A stretch of 32,000 nt of DNA from Okeania sp. (GCF_035285525.1 NZ_JAYKGW010000176.1:21702-53701), one strand, 5' to 3'; shown: positions 17,165 to 25,412, counted from the first letter of the stretch. Translations and numbers: made by a program. The notes: generated by a model from the sequence alone, not told the origin.

Positions 17165-18094
17165 TTACTGGCAAATTTCTTCTAAGGTTTTTAAATTATT
17201 TCTCATCGCAGTAAAATAATGTTCTGGGTCTAGGGAACCACTATTTATTGGGTCTAATTTTTTTATTTTTAACCCATTATCTTTAGCAATTTGCTGCATT
17301 CTATTATCATCAAATCCAATTTCCGCGAGTAAATTTTTGACTTGATATTTTTTAGCTGTATTTATTACTCTTTGAATATCTTGAGGCGTAATACTATCCT
17401 GTGGCAATTCTACTATTGCTGTTTGTTGTAAATTATAGCGTTTTGCCAGATAGGGATAGGCATCGTGAAAGGCAATAAATTTACATCCTTGGAAAGGAGC
17501 TAAACGAGTTTGAAATTCTTGGTCAAGTTTCTGTAATTTTTGTAGATAAATATTAGCATTTGATTGATAATTAGCTGTATTATTAGGATTAGCTTTAACT
17601 AAACCATCCCGAATATTTTTGACTTGTTGTTGTGCTAAAAATGGGTCTAACCAAACATGAGGATTTCTCTCTTTGTGACCGTGGTTATGTTCATGTTTAT
17701 GGTCGTGATATTCATCTTCTTCTATAGGTTTAATATTTTGACTAGCATCAATTTCTTGTAGTTGAGAGTTACCAGTAGCATCGACTAATTTCTCTAAAAA
17801 TTCTTCTAACCCCAACCCATTTTTGACTAATACATCTGCTTGTGCAATAGTACGAGCATTTTCCGGTGTTGCTTGATATTCGTGGGGATCGGTTCCGGGA
17901 GGAATTAAAAGTTCTACTTTTCCAGTTTCTCTGGTGATTCCTTTGGTAAACATATATATAGGCAAGAAAGTGGCGACTATTTTAGTTTCATTTCTATTTT
18001 GAGCAAGGCTGCTAATATTTCCCAGAGAAGCAGTTGTGATAAGCGCTGCTACTCCTAGTAATGAACCACCCATCCATTGAAGTTTACTCAACAT
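17165..18094 (-). CDS. znuA: Zinc ABC transporter substrate-binding protein (TroA/ZnuA family with a His-rich loop)
   Basis: A 309-aa ORF with a signal-like N-terminus. An acidic, His-rich loop (EEDEYHDHKHEHNHGHKERNPH) is typical of ZnuA. A conserved HVWLDP motif is also present. Confidence 0.85.
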   Translation of the reverse strand: MLSKLQWMGGSLLGVAALITTASLGNISSLAQNRNETKIVATFLPIYMFTKGITRETGKVELLIPPGTDPHEYQATPENARTIAQADVLVKNGLGLEEFLEKLVDATGNSQLQEIDASQNIKPIEEDEYHDHKHEHNHGHKERNPHVWLDPFLAQQQVKNIRDGLVKANPNNTANYQSNANIYLQKLQKLDQEFQTRLAPFQGCKFIAFHDAYPYLAKRYNLQQTAIVELPQDSITPQDIQRVINTAKKYQVKNLLAEIGFDDNRMQQIAKDNGLKIKKLDPINSGSLDPEHYFTAMRNNLKTLEEICQ

Positions 18095-18111
18095 ATTATT
18101 TCCTAATTTTG

Positions 18112-18128
18112 AGAATGATTATCATTCT
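18112..18128. promoter_or_regulatory. Perfect 8-1-8 palindrome AGAATGATTATCATTCT, a Fur-family (Zur-type) operator candidate
   Basis: It lies 18-34 nt upstream of the znuA ATG. On the coding strand it overlaps a -10-like TAGAAT. The AT-rich ATGATAATCAT core matches Fur/Zur box architecture. Confidence 0.65.
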
Positions 18129-18295
18129 AGTCTAGAAAATAATAAAAAACAACCCCCTGGTAAGGGAATTTGGGAAATGTGGGAGCTGTGGGAAGTTTGG
18201 GGAGGGTGGCAGGAAAGTCCGTTTTTATTAATAGGCCAGGACTTAAGCTTATCGACCAAGAGAAATAAATTTTTTCCTTTTATAAGATTGCTATA

Positions 18296-18889
18296 TCAAT
18301 CAGGATAATAATATTCCCACCAATTACCATATATTTTGACTATTTCATCTGATCGGTGATTGTGTATATATAAACAATTTTCTTTACCAAGAGGCACATA
18401 AGCAATACCAAATTGATCAAAAATAAAAGTATCAGTTGTAAAGAAAGTACATTTTTCGTCTTGGTAAATGGACTCAACATAAAACCATCCAATTCTGGTA
18501 TTGTATTGACATAAATTAGGATTATTTACACAATTCATTAAAGCAGATTCAGATAATTTTAATCTAATTGTATCTGTATAAGCTGCTAATAAAATTTATA
18601 AAACAATTAATAATGGTACTCCTATGGCTTTAATTAAAGTTTTTACCAGAGAATATTTCAGCTTATTTTTTTTGAGAAAATATATTAATATTCTCACAAG
18701 TTCTATGAGCCAATAAATGCCGATAATCAAACCAAAAATCAGAGCAATTATCAGAGCAATTAAATATACTGAAAATTCCAGGAAAGACCTAAAAATTAAT
18801 ATAATTTGCCAGCCTTGAGCTAGAGGTACAATTAAACAAAGAAAAAGTACAATTATTTCCCAATAATTTTTGATTAGTTTAAACTTCAA
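18296..18889 (-). pseudogene. Paralogue (copy 1) of the 197-aa membrane protein at 20248-20841, interrupted by one in-frame TAA
   Basis: It has the same 594-nt length and is collinear with copy 2 with no indels. A TTG start is preceded by GGGAGG. A single in-frame stop at 18596-18598 (TAA where copy 2 has TAT, Tyr) splits it into the tracked ORFs of 97 aa and 80 aa. Confidence 0.7.
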
Positions 18890-19040
18890 ATTGTATCTAC
18901 CTCCCTATTCCATAAAAATATAGCATTTCCCAAGAAGCGTGAAATACAGATAATTATAATTAATATTACCAGGGCGGGCATCTTGCCCGCGTGGGTGTAC
19001 CTGACGCCTGGTGAAATCCGCTATACTTTTTCAGTAAATC

Positions 19041-19571
19041 CTAAATATCTATATCTATAACAATGTAACCTTGATTATTTAATACAATATTATCCTTTCT
19101 TTCAAAAACAGTTTGAATAAACAACGGACAATTTCGGTAACAAAAAACTACTTCTTTTTTACCTAAAATACTGACGCTATTAAAATACAAAGGTAATTCT
19201 GCTAATAGATATTTAACCGCAATTTCTAACCGATAATTACTAATATCTGTTTGAGTTTCTACTACCTGCCTAGAAGTTTCAAGACAGTTGTTTCTAAATT
19301 CAATATCATTAGCATATTTATCTTCATAAAATTTTAGTGTTGAGAGATAATTTATGTTTTTATTCAAATACTGGGAATCTATAATTAGTGCTTCAGCTTC
19401 ATTCATTGACAAGTCTAATCCTACTAATGCTCTCAAACATTTATTTTTCAAATAATTAGCTTGCCTTTTAGCTTTTTTTGTAGCTTTAACTTGATCATAT
19501 TCTAAAGCCATTAGTGTATAAACATAAGCTTCGTCCGGAATAACAAGATTAAAACTCTTAAAATTATTCAT
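19041..19571 (-). CDS. Hypothetical protein, 176 aa, no recognised family
   Basis: An intact ATG-initiated ORF in a low-GC setting between the two paralogue copies. It looks mostly helical in the centre, with beta-like N- and C-termini. I recognised no motif. Confidence 0.5.
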   Translation of the reverse strand: MNNFKSFNLVIPDEAYVYTLMALEYDQVKATKKAKRQANYLKNKCLRALVGLDLSMNEAEALIIDSQYLNKNINYLSTLKFYEDKYANDIEFRNNCLETSRQVVETQTDISNYRLEIAVKYLLAELPLYFNSVSILGKKEVVFCYRNCPLFIQTVFERKDNIVLNNQGYIVIDIDI

Positions 19572-19748
19572 CGCCCACTTTGATCAAATAGCTATATTTT
19601 TTTCAGAAAAAAAGCTATTAAATTGACTAATACCTAAAACTGAATATTCTCCTCTTTCGTATAATATTTAGCAATTACTCCTAATCAGATATACCTTACT
19701 TATTGGTTATGATTCTGTCATATTAAGATACATTTTTTTCTCTTTTCC

Positions 19749-20141
19749 CTATTCCCTATTCCCTAATTTAGCAATATAATAATTATTGAAAATATCTTCT
19801 AGAATTTGTTTAATATCCACATTTATAAACCCTGCCTCATTTAACATTTTCACTGCTTTTTGTTCTCCCCATATTGCACCAAGTCCTACCCCATTTTGTC
19901 CCAAGAAAACGGTCATGCAATGCATACAAAATGTTGTGTATAACCACGGCGCTAAAGGATGATCCAGGTTTTTATGTAGATTACTTGATACTCCCAAGTC
20001 AACCATCAAGAAAGTTCCATCAGGTTTCAGAGAATCAGCTATGTTTATTAGTTACTTTGTGTAAGTCCTCCTAGTAATAGACTACAATAATTTTGAAAAT
20101 AGAAACTGATTTTGTAGTAAATGCCCCACCATACCAATATC
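19749..20141 (-). pseudogene. Remnant of a class I SAM-dependent methyltransferase
   Basis: The C-terminal part is intact (..ADSLKPDGTFLMVDLGVSS...DHPLAPWLYTTFCMHCMTV.L..NGVGLGAIWGEQKA..L.EAGF). Upstream, a motif-I-like IDIGMVGHLL is followed by stops and an apparent internal deletion. The N-terminal half is absent. Confidence 0.55.
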
Positions 20142-20160
20142 TATAGCAATATAAAATCGT

Positions 20161-20250
20161 TAGACATCTTCAGAAAAGAGGAAATCGGCGGAAAGAATAG
20201 ATGATTTGTGTCTGATAATTGATTTAATTTTTTATTTCTGGAGATGCCTA
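20161..20250 (-). mobile_element. MITE-like element, family A, copy 4, inverted
   Basis: The reverse complement reads taggcatctccagaaataaaaaattaaatcaattatcagaca...cctcttttctgaagatgtcta, nearly identical to copy 1. Its last 3 nt (cta, 20248-20250) form the TAG stop of the adjacent CDS. Confidence 0.65.
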
Positions 20251-20841
20251 ATCAGGATAATAATATTCCCACCAATTACCATATATTTTTACTATTCTAT
20301 CTGATTGGTGATTGCGTATATATAAACAATTTTCTTTACCAAGAGGCACATAAGCAATACCAAATTCATCAAAAATCCAGGTATCAGTTGTAAAGAAAGT
20401 ACATCCTTCATACTGCCTAATAAACTCAACATAAAACCATCCAATTCTGGTATTGTCTTGGCAGAAATTAGAAGCATTTACACAATTAATTAAAGCAGAT
20501 TCAGATAATTTTAATCTAATTATATCTGTATAAGTTACTAATAAAATGTATAAAAGAAACAATACTGGTACTCCTATAGTTTTGATTAAAGTTTTTATCT
20601 GAGAATATTTCAGTTTGTTTTTTTTGACAAAATGTATGAATATTCTCACAACTTCTATGAGCCAATAAATGCCGATAATAAAACAAAAAATCGGAGGCAT
20701 TATCAGAGAAATTAAAAATAATGAAAATTCAAGGAAAGACCTAGAAATTAATATGATTTGCCAGGCTTCAGCTAGAGTTACAATTAAACAAAGAAAAAGT
20801 ACAATTATTTCCCAATAATTTTTGATTAGTTTAAACTTCAA
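20248..20841 (-). CDS. Hypothetical membrane protein (copy 2, intact): 3 TM segments plus a 4-Cys C-terminal domain
   Basis: 197 aa. A TTG start lies 7 nt after a strong AGGAGG. The hydrophobic N-terminal half is followed by NCVNASNFCQDNTRIGWFYVEF..GCTFFTTDTWIFDEFGIAYVPLGKENCLYIRNH..IYGNWWEYYYPD. It is about 80% identical at the protein level to copy 1. Confidence 0.6.
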   Translation of the reverse strand: MKFKLIKNYWEIIVLFLCLIVTLAEAWQIILISRSFLEFSLFLISLIMPPIFCFIIGIYWLIEVVRIFIHFVKKNKLKYSQIKTLIKTIGVPVLFLLYILLVTYTDIIRLKLSESALINCVNASNFCQDNTRIGWFYVEFIRQYEGCTFFTTDTWIFDEFGIAYVPLGKENCLYIRNHQSDRIVKIYGNWWEYYYPD

Positions 20842-20928
20842 AGGAAAACCTCCTAATTATCATACACTTTTTTATCAAATAAGCCGAAGGGTAGGTCATA
20901 TTTTTAGAGAGTAGTTGACTGTTTCACC

Positions 20929-21422
20929 CAAAATAGTGCATGGGGTAAGGGCGGGTTTTAGCTAGAATTTTCATGCTTATTCTAAGATTTATAGGACTTA
21001 CGCATTAACTCTATTGGCACTGGAATGTTTCATCTAAAATGGTGCAATAGGTAGGGGCGGGTTTCTCAGGAAATTTTCATGCTTACTCTAGGATTTACAT
21101 AAACCCGCCCCTGAGAGGCGGCTCAGATGATATGGGGCGGGTTTATCTGATCAACCCATGAAAACTCCTTAACTCACTTGTAAAACCTGCCCCTACGGTG
21201 TCTTCTCTAATACACAGTTTTAGCTGAAACATTTCAGTAGGGTGTGTACGCGACATGTAAAGCGCACTTCCTAACGCACCAGCACTCCAGTAAGTCCTGA
21301 TTTATATAAACCCGCCCCTCGAACGGTAACTTATATCATTAGGGGGCGGGTTGATCTGAGAAACCCATTAAAACTCCTTAACTTAACGGTGATTTTTCGG
21401 GAACCGTAACCCGCCCCTACGG
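20929..21422. repeat. Cluster of at least 4 family C hairpin elements (GGGGCGGGTTT / AAACCCGCCCC arms)
   Basis: Copies lie at about 20929-20992, 21034-21112, 21132-21196 and 21308-21422. They fill the spacer downstream of fumC. Two sub-types share either the ..attttcatgctta.tctaagattta.. interior or the ..acccat.aaaactccttaact.. interior. Confidence 0.6.
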
Positions 21423-21476
21423 AGTCTAATTCCCTAATGCAAACAATTAGTTGTTTTATTTCATTATTGAACTGTA

Positions 21477-22883
21477 CTAACTCCCTGGATGAGTCATATT
21501 TTTCGGAACCACAATTTCCTCAAATTCCTCTGCCGAAATATAATCCAATTCCAAACAAGCTTCTTTCAAAGTTAAATCTTTCTCATGGGCAAAATGGGCA
21601 ACTTCGGCAGCTTTATCATACCCAATTTTCGGAGTCAAAGCTGTTACTAACATCAAAGATTGTTCCAAATAAAAATCAATTTTTTTCTGATTTGCCTTCA
21701 AATCAACTAATAGAAAATCAGTAAAATTATTACAACTATCAGCAATTAAATTAATCGACTGCATCAAATTAAAAATCATCATCGGTTTATAAGTATTTAA
21801 CTCAAAACTTCCCTGAGCGCCAGCAAAAGCGATCGCTGCATCATACCCCATCACCTGAGTCGCTACCATTGTCATTGCTTCACACTGAGTAGGATTAATT
21901 TTTCCTGGCATAATAGAAGAACCTGGTTCATTTGCAGGCAAAATTAACTCCCCAAAACCGCATCGCGGTCCGCTTCCCAACCACCGAATATCATTAGCAA
22001 TTTTCAGTAACGAACCAGCTAATGTTTTCAAAGCACCACTCGCCATGACTACCCCATCGTGAGCAGCTAAAGCAGCAAATTTATTCGGTGCTGACACAAA
22101 AGGCAACCCAGTTATTTCGCTAATATATTTGGCAGCAAGTTCAGCAAAACCATTCATTGTATTTAACCCTGTTCCTACCGCAGTACCACCAATAGCTAAT
22201 TCATATAAATCTAATAATGTATGAGTAATACGATGTAAATTTGCATCCAGTTGCGCCACATATCCGGAAAATTCTTGCCTCAAAGTCAGAGGAACTGCAT
22301 CTTGTAGGTGAGTGCGCCCTATTTTGACAATTTCCGAAAATTCTTCTGACTTTTCTTGCAGTGCATCCCGCATTTTTTTCACTTTTGGCAGCAACTTTTC
22401 ATGTAATGCTACCGCTGCAGCAATGTGCATAGCAGTAGGGAATGTATCGTTAGATGACTGAGACATATTAACGTGATCGTTAGGATGTATTGGGTTTTTG
22501 CTTCCCATTTCTCCACCATAAATTTCGATCGCCCGGTTAGCAATGACTTCGTTGACATTCATATTGCATTGAGTACCACTTCCTGTCATCCAAACTCGTA
22601 GAGGGAAATTTCCATCTAGTTTTCCGGCAATAATTTCTTCTGCTGCTTGAACAATTAATTTTGCTTTATCTTCTGGAAGTTTACCGAGTTCCTGGTTAGT
22701 TTGGGCGACTGCTTTCTTGAGGATAGCAAATGCTCTAATAACTTCTGGTGGAATATAATCTTGTCCAATAGAGAAATAGATGAGCGATCGCTGAGTTTGA
22801 GCGCCCCAATAACGGTGTGCTGGTACTTCAATATTTCCCATACTATCACTTTCGGTTCGCATTGTTGTTTTTGGTTTTGTCAT
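21477..22883 (-). CDS. fumC: Class II fumarate hydratase
   Basis: 468 aa with the signature [16 protein letters not shown] and an N-terminal [22 protein letters not shown]. An alternative start at 22862 (MRTESDS..) is possible. Confidence 0.92.
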   Translation of the reverse strand: MTKPKTTMRTESDSMGNIEVPAHRYWGAQTQRSLIYFSIGQDYIPPEVIRAFAILKKAVAQTNQELGKLPEDKAKLIVQAAEEIIAGKLDGNFPLRVWMTGSGTQCNMNVNEVIANRAIEIYGGEMGSKNPIHPNDHVNMSQSSNDTFPTAMHIAAAVALHEKLLPKVKKMRDALQEKSEEFSEIVKIGRTHLQDAVPLTLRQEFSGYVAQLDANLHRITHTLLDLYELAIGGTAVGTGLNTMNGFAELAAKYISEITGLPFVSAPNKFAALAAHDGVVMASGALKTLAGSLLKIANDIRWLGSGPRCGFGELILPANEPGSSIMPGKINPTQCEAMTMVATQVMGYDAAIAFAGAQGSFELNTYKPMMIFNLMQSINLIADSCNNFTDFLLVDLKANQKKIDFYLEQSLMLVTALTPKIGYDKAAEVAHFAHEKDLTLKEACLELDYISAEEFEEIVVPKNMTHPGS

Positions 22884-22886
22884 TGG

Positions 22887-23009
22887 TATAGCAATCCTAT
22901 TTTATTTATGTATAAAAATTTTACCGCTTTTAGGGAACAGGGAACAGGTAGAAGTTTCAGATTTTTTATTTACTTTTTAATTTGTCGCAACCTATTGAGA
23001 ATTGCTATA
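22887..23009 (+). mobile_element. MITE-like element, family B, full copy
   Basis: TATAGCAATCCTATTT ... GGGAACAGGGAACAGG .. agtttcagattttttatttactttttaatttgtCGCAACCTATTGAGAATTGCTATA. The termini are inverted repeats. It begins 3 nt upstream of the fumC ATG. Confidence 0.65.
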
Positions 23010-23166
23010 TTTTATTTATCAGTTTATTTTCATAACTTACCCAAAAGGAACCCAGAAAATGAGTTTCTTTGCGTAAGTCCTTGGATAATTAATCATTAAT
23101 AATTACCTCTTATTAAAACCGATAGAATTGAATCAAGTACGGAAATCTTATTTTATTATTATTTAT

Positions 23167-24354
23167 TTATCGTGCCAAAACTAATGATTCTAATGTAATG
23201 TAATTTTTATTATAGTCATGGTTTTTTAATTTTAAGTATTTTTCTACTATGTTTAAAATTCTTTTGCCGTTTGCTGGTTTTCTTAAAAAATCGGTTGCAC
23301 CCGCCATTTGCGCCCTAACCCGATTTATCCAACTATCTTGGGCCGTATAAATAATAATAGGAATTTTTTTATAAGCAGAACTTGTCCGCAAAAAATTACA
23401 GAGTGCCAAACCATCAACATTAGGCATATCTAAATCCATAAATATTAATTCAGGTGGTTTTTTAGCCATTAATCCTATTGCCTCCATTGGGTCAGTAATT
23501 TTATCAATTTTATATCCTTTAGGCATCAAAACTTGCTCTAAATAATTACCTGTTGCTGGTATTGAATCTATACAAGTTATAGGTATTTTAGAGCGATGTA
23601 TAGCAGAATAAATTAAGCGTAATTGCTCTAAAGGAGATGGTAAATCTGGTAATACCTTAATCTCTATTAAACCTTTTTTAATAAAATGATATAAAGTACG
23701 AGTTGTTAAGGCTAAACATTGCTTCTTTTTCACTGCAATATCCCACAAAGTATTTTGACCATCAAGCTGATTACTAAGAGTTTCAAAAGTTGCTGCACAA
23801 AGACGAGTTTCTAGTTTTATAGACTGTTTAACTATGGGAGCTTGTTCTGGCAAAATATTACTAATACCCATTTTTTTCCACCGTGACCACAGCTCTTCTA
23901 CTGCCTCTACAACTTGCTTTAATTCTAATAGAGATAATCCCAAATTAGCAACAATTTCTAATTTTTTATTGTAATGCCAATCTAAATTTAATACTGGTTG
24001 ATTTGCTAAAGAAAATAAGATTTCATAGCTGCTAGTACGAATAATTGATTTCCCTTCTTCTAAAGTAATTTGCTCTTCAATAATACCCTGTTTCAAAAGT
24101 TGATATTCCCATAATTCTTCATGAGATATTAAACTAGCATTAAATTTTAAATTTTGACAACATTGATTAACTGCACGATACCATCTTCTAGTTTGATGTA
24201 GTCCCCCTGTAGCATACAACATTTTTCCTCGATAAAAGTAAATCTGCCATTGTTGTTTACTATTATCTATAATAAGTTCACCTGTTGCTTTTTTTTGGCC
24301 AAGCACAGCCAAGGCGTTCCATATTTTACTACACCCGATATTAGTTACTTGCAT
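23167..24354 (-). CDS. PatA-type response regulator (N-terminal DUF4388/PATAN-like region plus C-terminal CheY-like receiver)
   Basis: 395 aa. The N-terminus reads ATGELII.....WQIYFYRGKMLYATGG. The C-terminal receiver has FMDLDMPNVDGLALCNFLR, IIIYTA and FLRKP (phospho-acceptor Asp, Thr and Lys all present). The first acidic pair reads IDS, as in PatA-like receivers. Confidence 0.75.
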   Translation of the reverse strand: MQVTNIGCSKIWNALAVLGQKKATGELIIDNSKQQWQIYFYRGKMLYATGGLHQTRRWYRAVNQCCQNLKFNASLISHEELWEYQLLKQGIIEEQITLEEGKSIIRTSSYEILFSLANQPVLNLDWHYNKKLEIVANLGLSLLELKQVVEAVEELWSRWKKMGISNILPEQAPIVKQSIKLETRLCAATFETLSNQLDGQNTLWDIAVKKKQCLALTTRTLYHFIKKGLIEIKVLPDLPSPLEQLRLIYSAIHRSKIPITCIDSIPATGNYLEQVLMPKGYKIDKITDPMEAIGLMAKKPPELIFMDLDMPNVDGLALCNFLRTSSAYKKIPIIIYTAQDSWINRVRAQMAGATDFLRKPANGKRILNIVEKYLKLKNHDYNKNYITLESLVLAR

Positions 24355-24424
24355 TTTTTCTTAAGTTAACTATATTTCTTTCTAGTATATAGTTTTCCCT
24401 ATTATTTCCCTAAAATTATAGTTC

Positions 24425-24560
24425 TATAGCAATCCTATTTGAATCCTGTGCAAAATTCAAAAACTTTTAGGGAACACTTAACTGGGAACAGCTAATAGGT
24501 AAGAGTTTCAGTTTTTTTATTTACTTTTTGATTTGTCGCAACCTATTTAGAATTACTATA
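24425..24560 (+). mobile_element. MITE-like element, family B, full copy
   Basis: tatagcaatcctatttg ... gtaagagtttcagtttttttatttactttttgatttgtcgcaacctatttagaattactata. It lies 70 nt upstream of the response-regulator start. Confidence 0.65.
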
Positions 24561-24908
24561 TAGATAAGACTTGACTTTATGAGTTGGATAAATGCTATGG
24601 TATTAATTATTCTTATGTTTAGTTTTCCTCCATTTGCCTTACTCCCTTACTACCTTACTCCCCTCATACCTAATACCAAGGGTGATAAATATTTGTTAAA
24701 AATTGTATAAGTAAGAAGAAAGAAATCTTTAACAAACAGGAATAAACGATAGGTAAGCATTCACCTTTCAAATTTTTAATGAATAAAGCAAGTATTCATT
24801 TAACTTATACTACATTTTTTACTAATTATTGAAAATCTCTCAATTGTTTTTTCCTTCTTTAAACTGTTAACGCAGTTCCTCTGTAGGAAGCTACCTAATA
24901 GCTAAATA

Positions 24909-24960
24909 CTGAATGCTGAATGCTGAATGCTGAATGCTGAATGCTGAATGCTGAATGCTG
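24909..24960 (+). repeat. Tandem heptamer array (CTGAATG), about 7.4 units
   Basis: ctgaatg is repeated 7 times and followed by ctg. The complement ATTCAGC also appears singly at 14166-14178 and 25041-25050. Confidence 0.9.
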
Positions 24961-24963
24961 ACA

Positions 24964-25050
24964 ATGATAGAGATCATTATCTAAAATTAATTGGAGTAGC
25001 TATTTTTAAGTATTTTCGCTTAACATCTAACTTTTTGTTTAAGCATTCAG
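24964..25050 (+). repeat. Dispersed repeat, family E, copy 2
   Basis: Collinear with 4679-4765 (see that entry). Confidence 0.5.
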
Positions 25051-25388
25051 CTATCAGTAATAAGCACTAATAGTAATCTGTTTCTAAGGCGATGCTTTAT
25101 CAACATCTTTTTTCCCTTTTGAAGTTCCACTAAAAACAATAGCTGACTATTTACCGAATAATTAATAGTTAATAATTAATAATTAAAAGTTGATAGTCAA
25201 TAATTATTCATTCAACAATTCACGTCTGGAAGCCTCCCCTTGGATAGGGGATAAATCAAAAATTTTCCTTTGATTCAATCCCCTTCTTTGAAGAAGAGGT
25301 AATTATTAATTGTTCATTGTTCATTATTAATTGCTGAAAACTCTAGTTAATTAGTAAGTAGGTAGACATTAAAATTTATCGTTATATG

Positions 25389-25412
25389 AAGGCAGAAGGC
25401 AGAAGGCAGAAG
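25389..25412 (+). repeat. Tandem heptamer array (GAAGGCA), about 3.4 units
   Basis: gaaggcagaaggcagaaggcagaa lies about 60 nt downstream of the truB stop. Confidence 0.8.

Noticed and set aside
18200-18225. GGAAAGTCCG motif resembling the conserved CR-I of RNase P RNA
   Set aside because: The flanking GAGGAAAGUCCGGGCUC context is missing. The whole intergenic region is only about 200 nt and consists mostly of TGGGAA-type repeats. It is too short and too divergent for rnpB.
20929-21422. Possible CRISPR array suggested by the regularly recurring GC-rich repeats
   Set aside because: The repeats are inverted hairpin arms of two sub-families with variable spacing. The interiors between them are themselves repeated, and no cas genes are present. 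This is a MITE or hairpin cluster, not a CRISPR array.
22701-23099. 132-aa + strand ORF, plus the ORFs at 22655-22849 and 21437-21724
   Set aside because: They are antisense or out of frame within fumC, and they extend into the family B MITE. They are shadow ORFs.
24589-24720. 43-codon hydrophobic small ORF (MSWINAMVLIILMFSFPPFALLPYYLTPLIP..) upstream of the PatA-type regulator
   Set aside because: Half of it is encoded by CTTACTC-type heptamer repeats, and there is no SD. It is probably fortuitous, and it is mentioned only inside the ORF-free-region finding.
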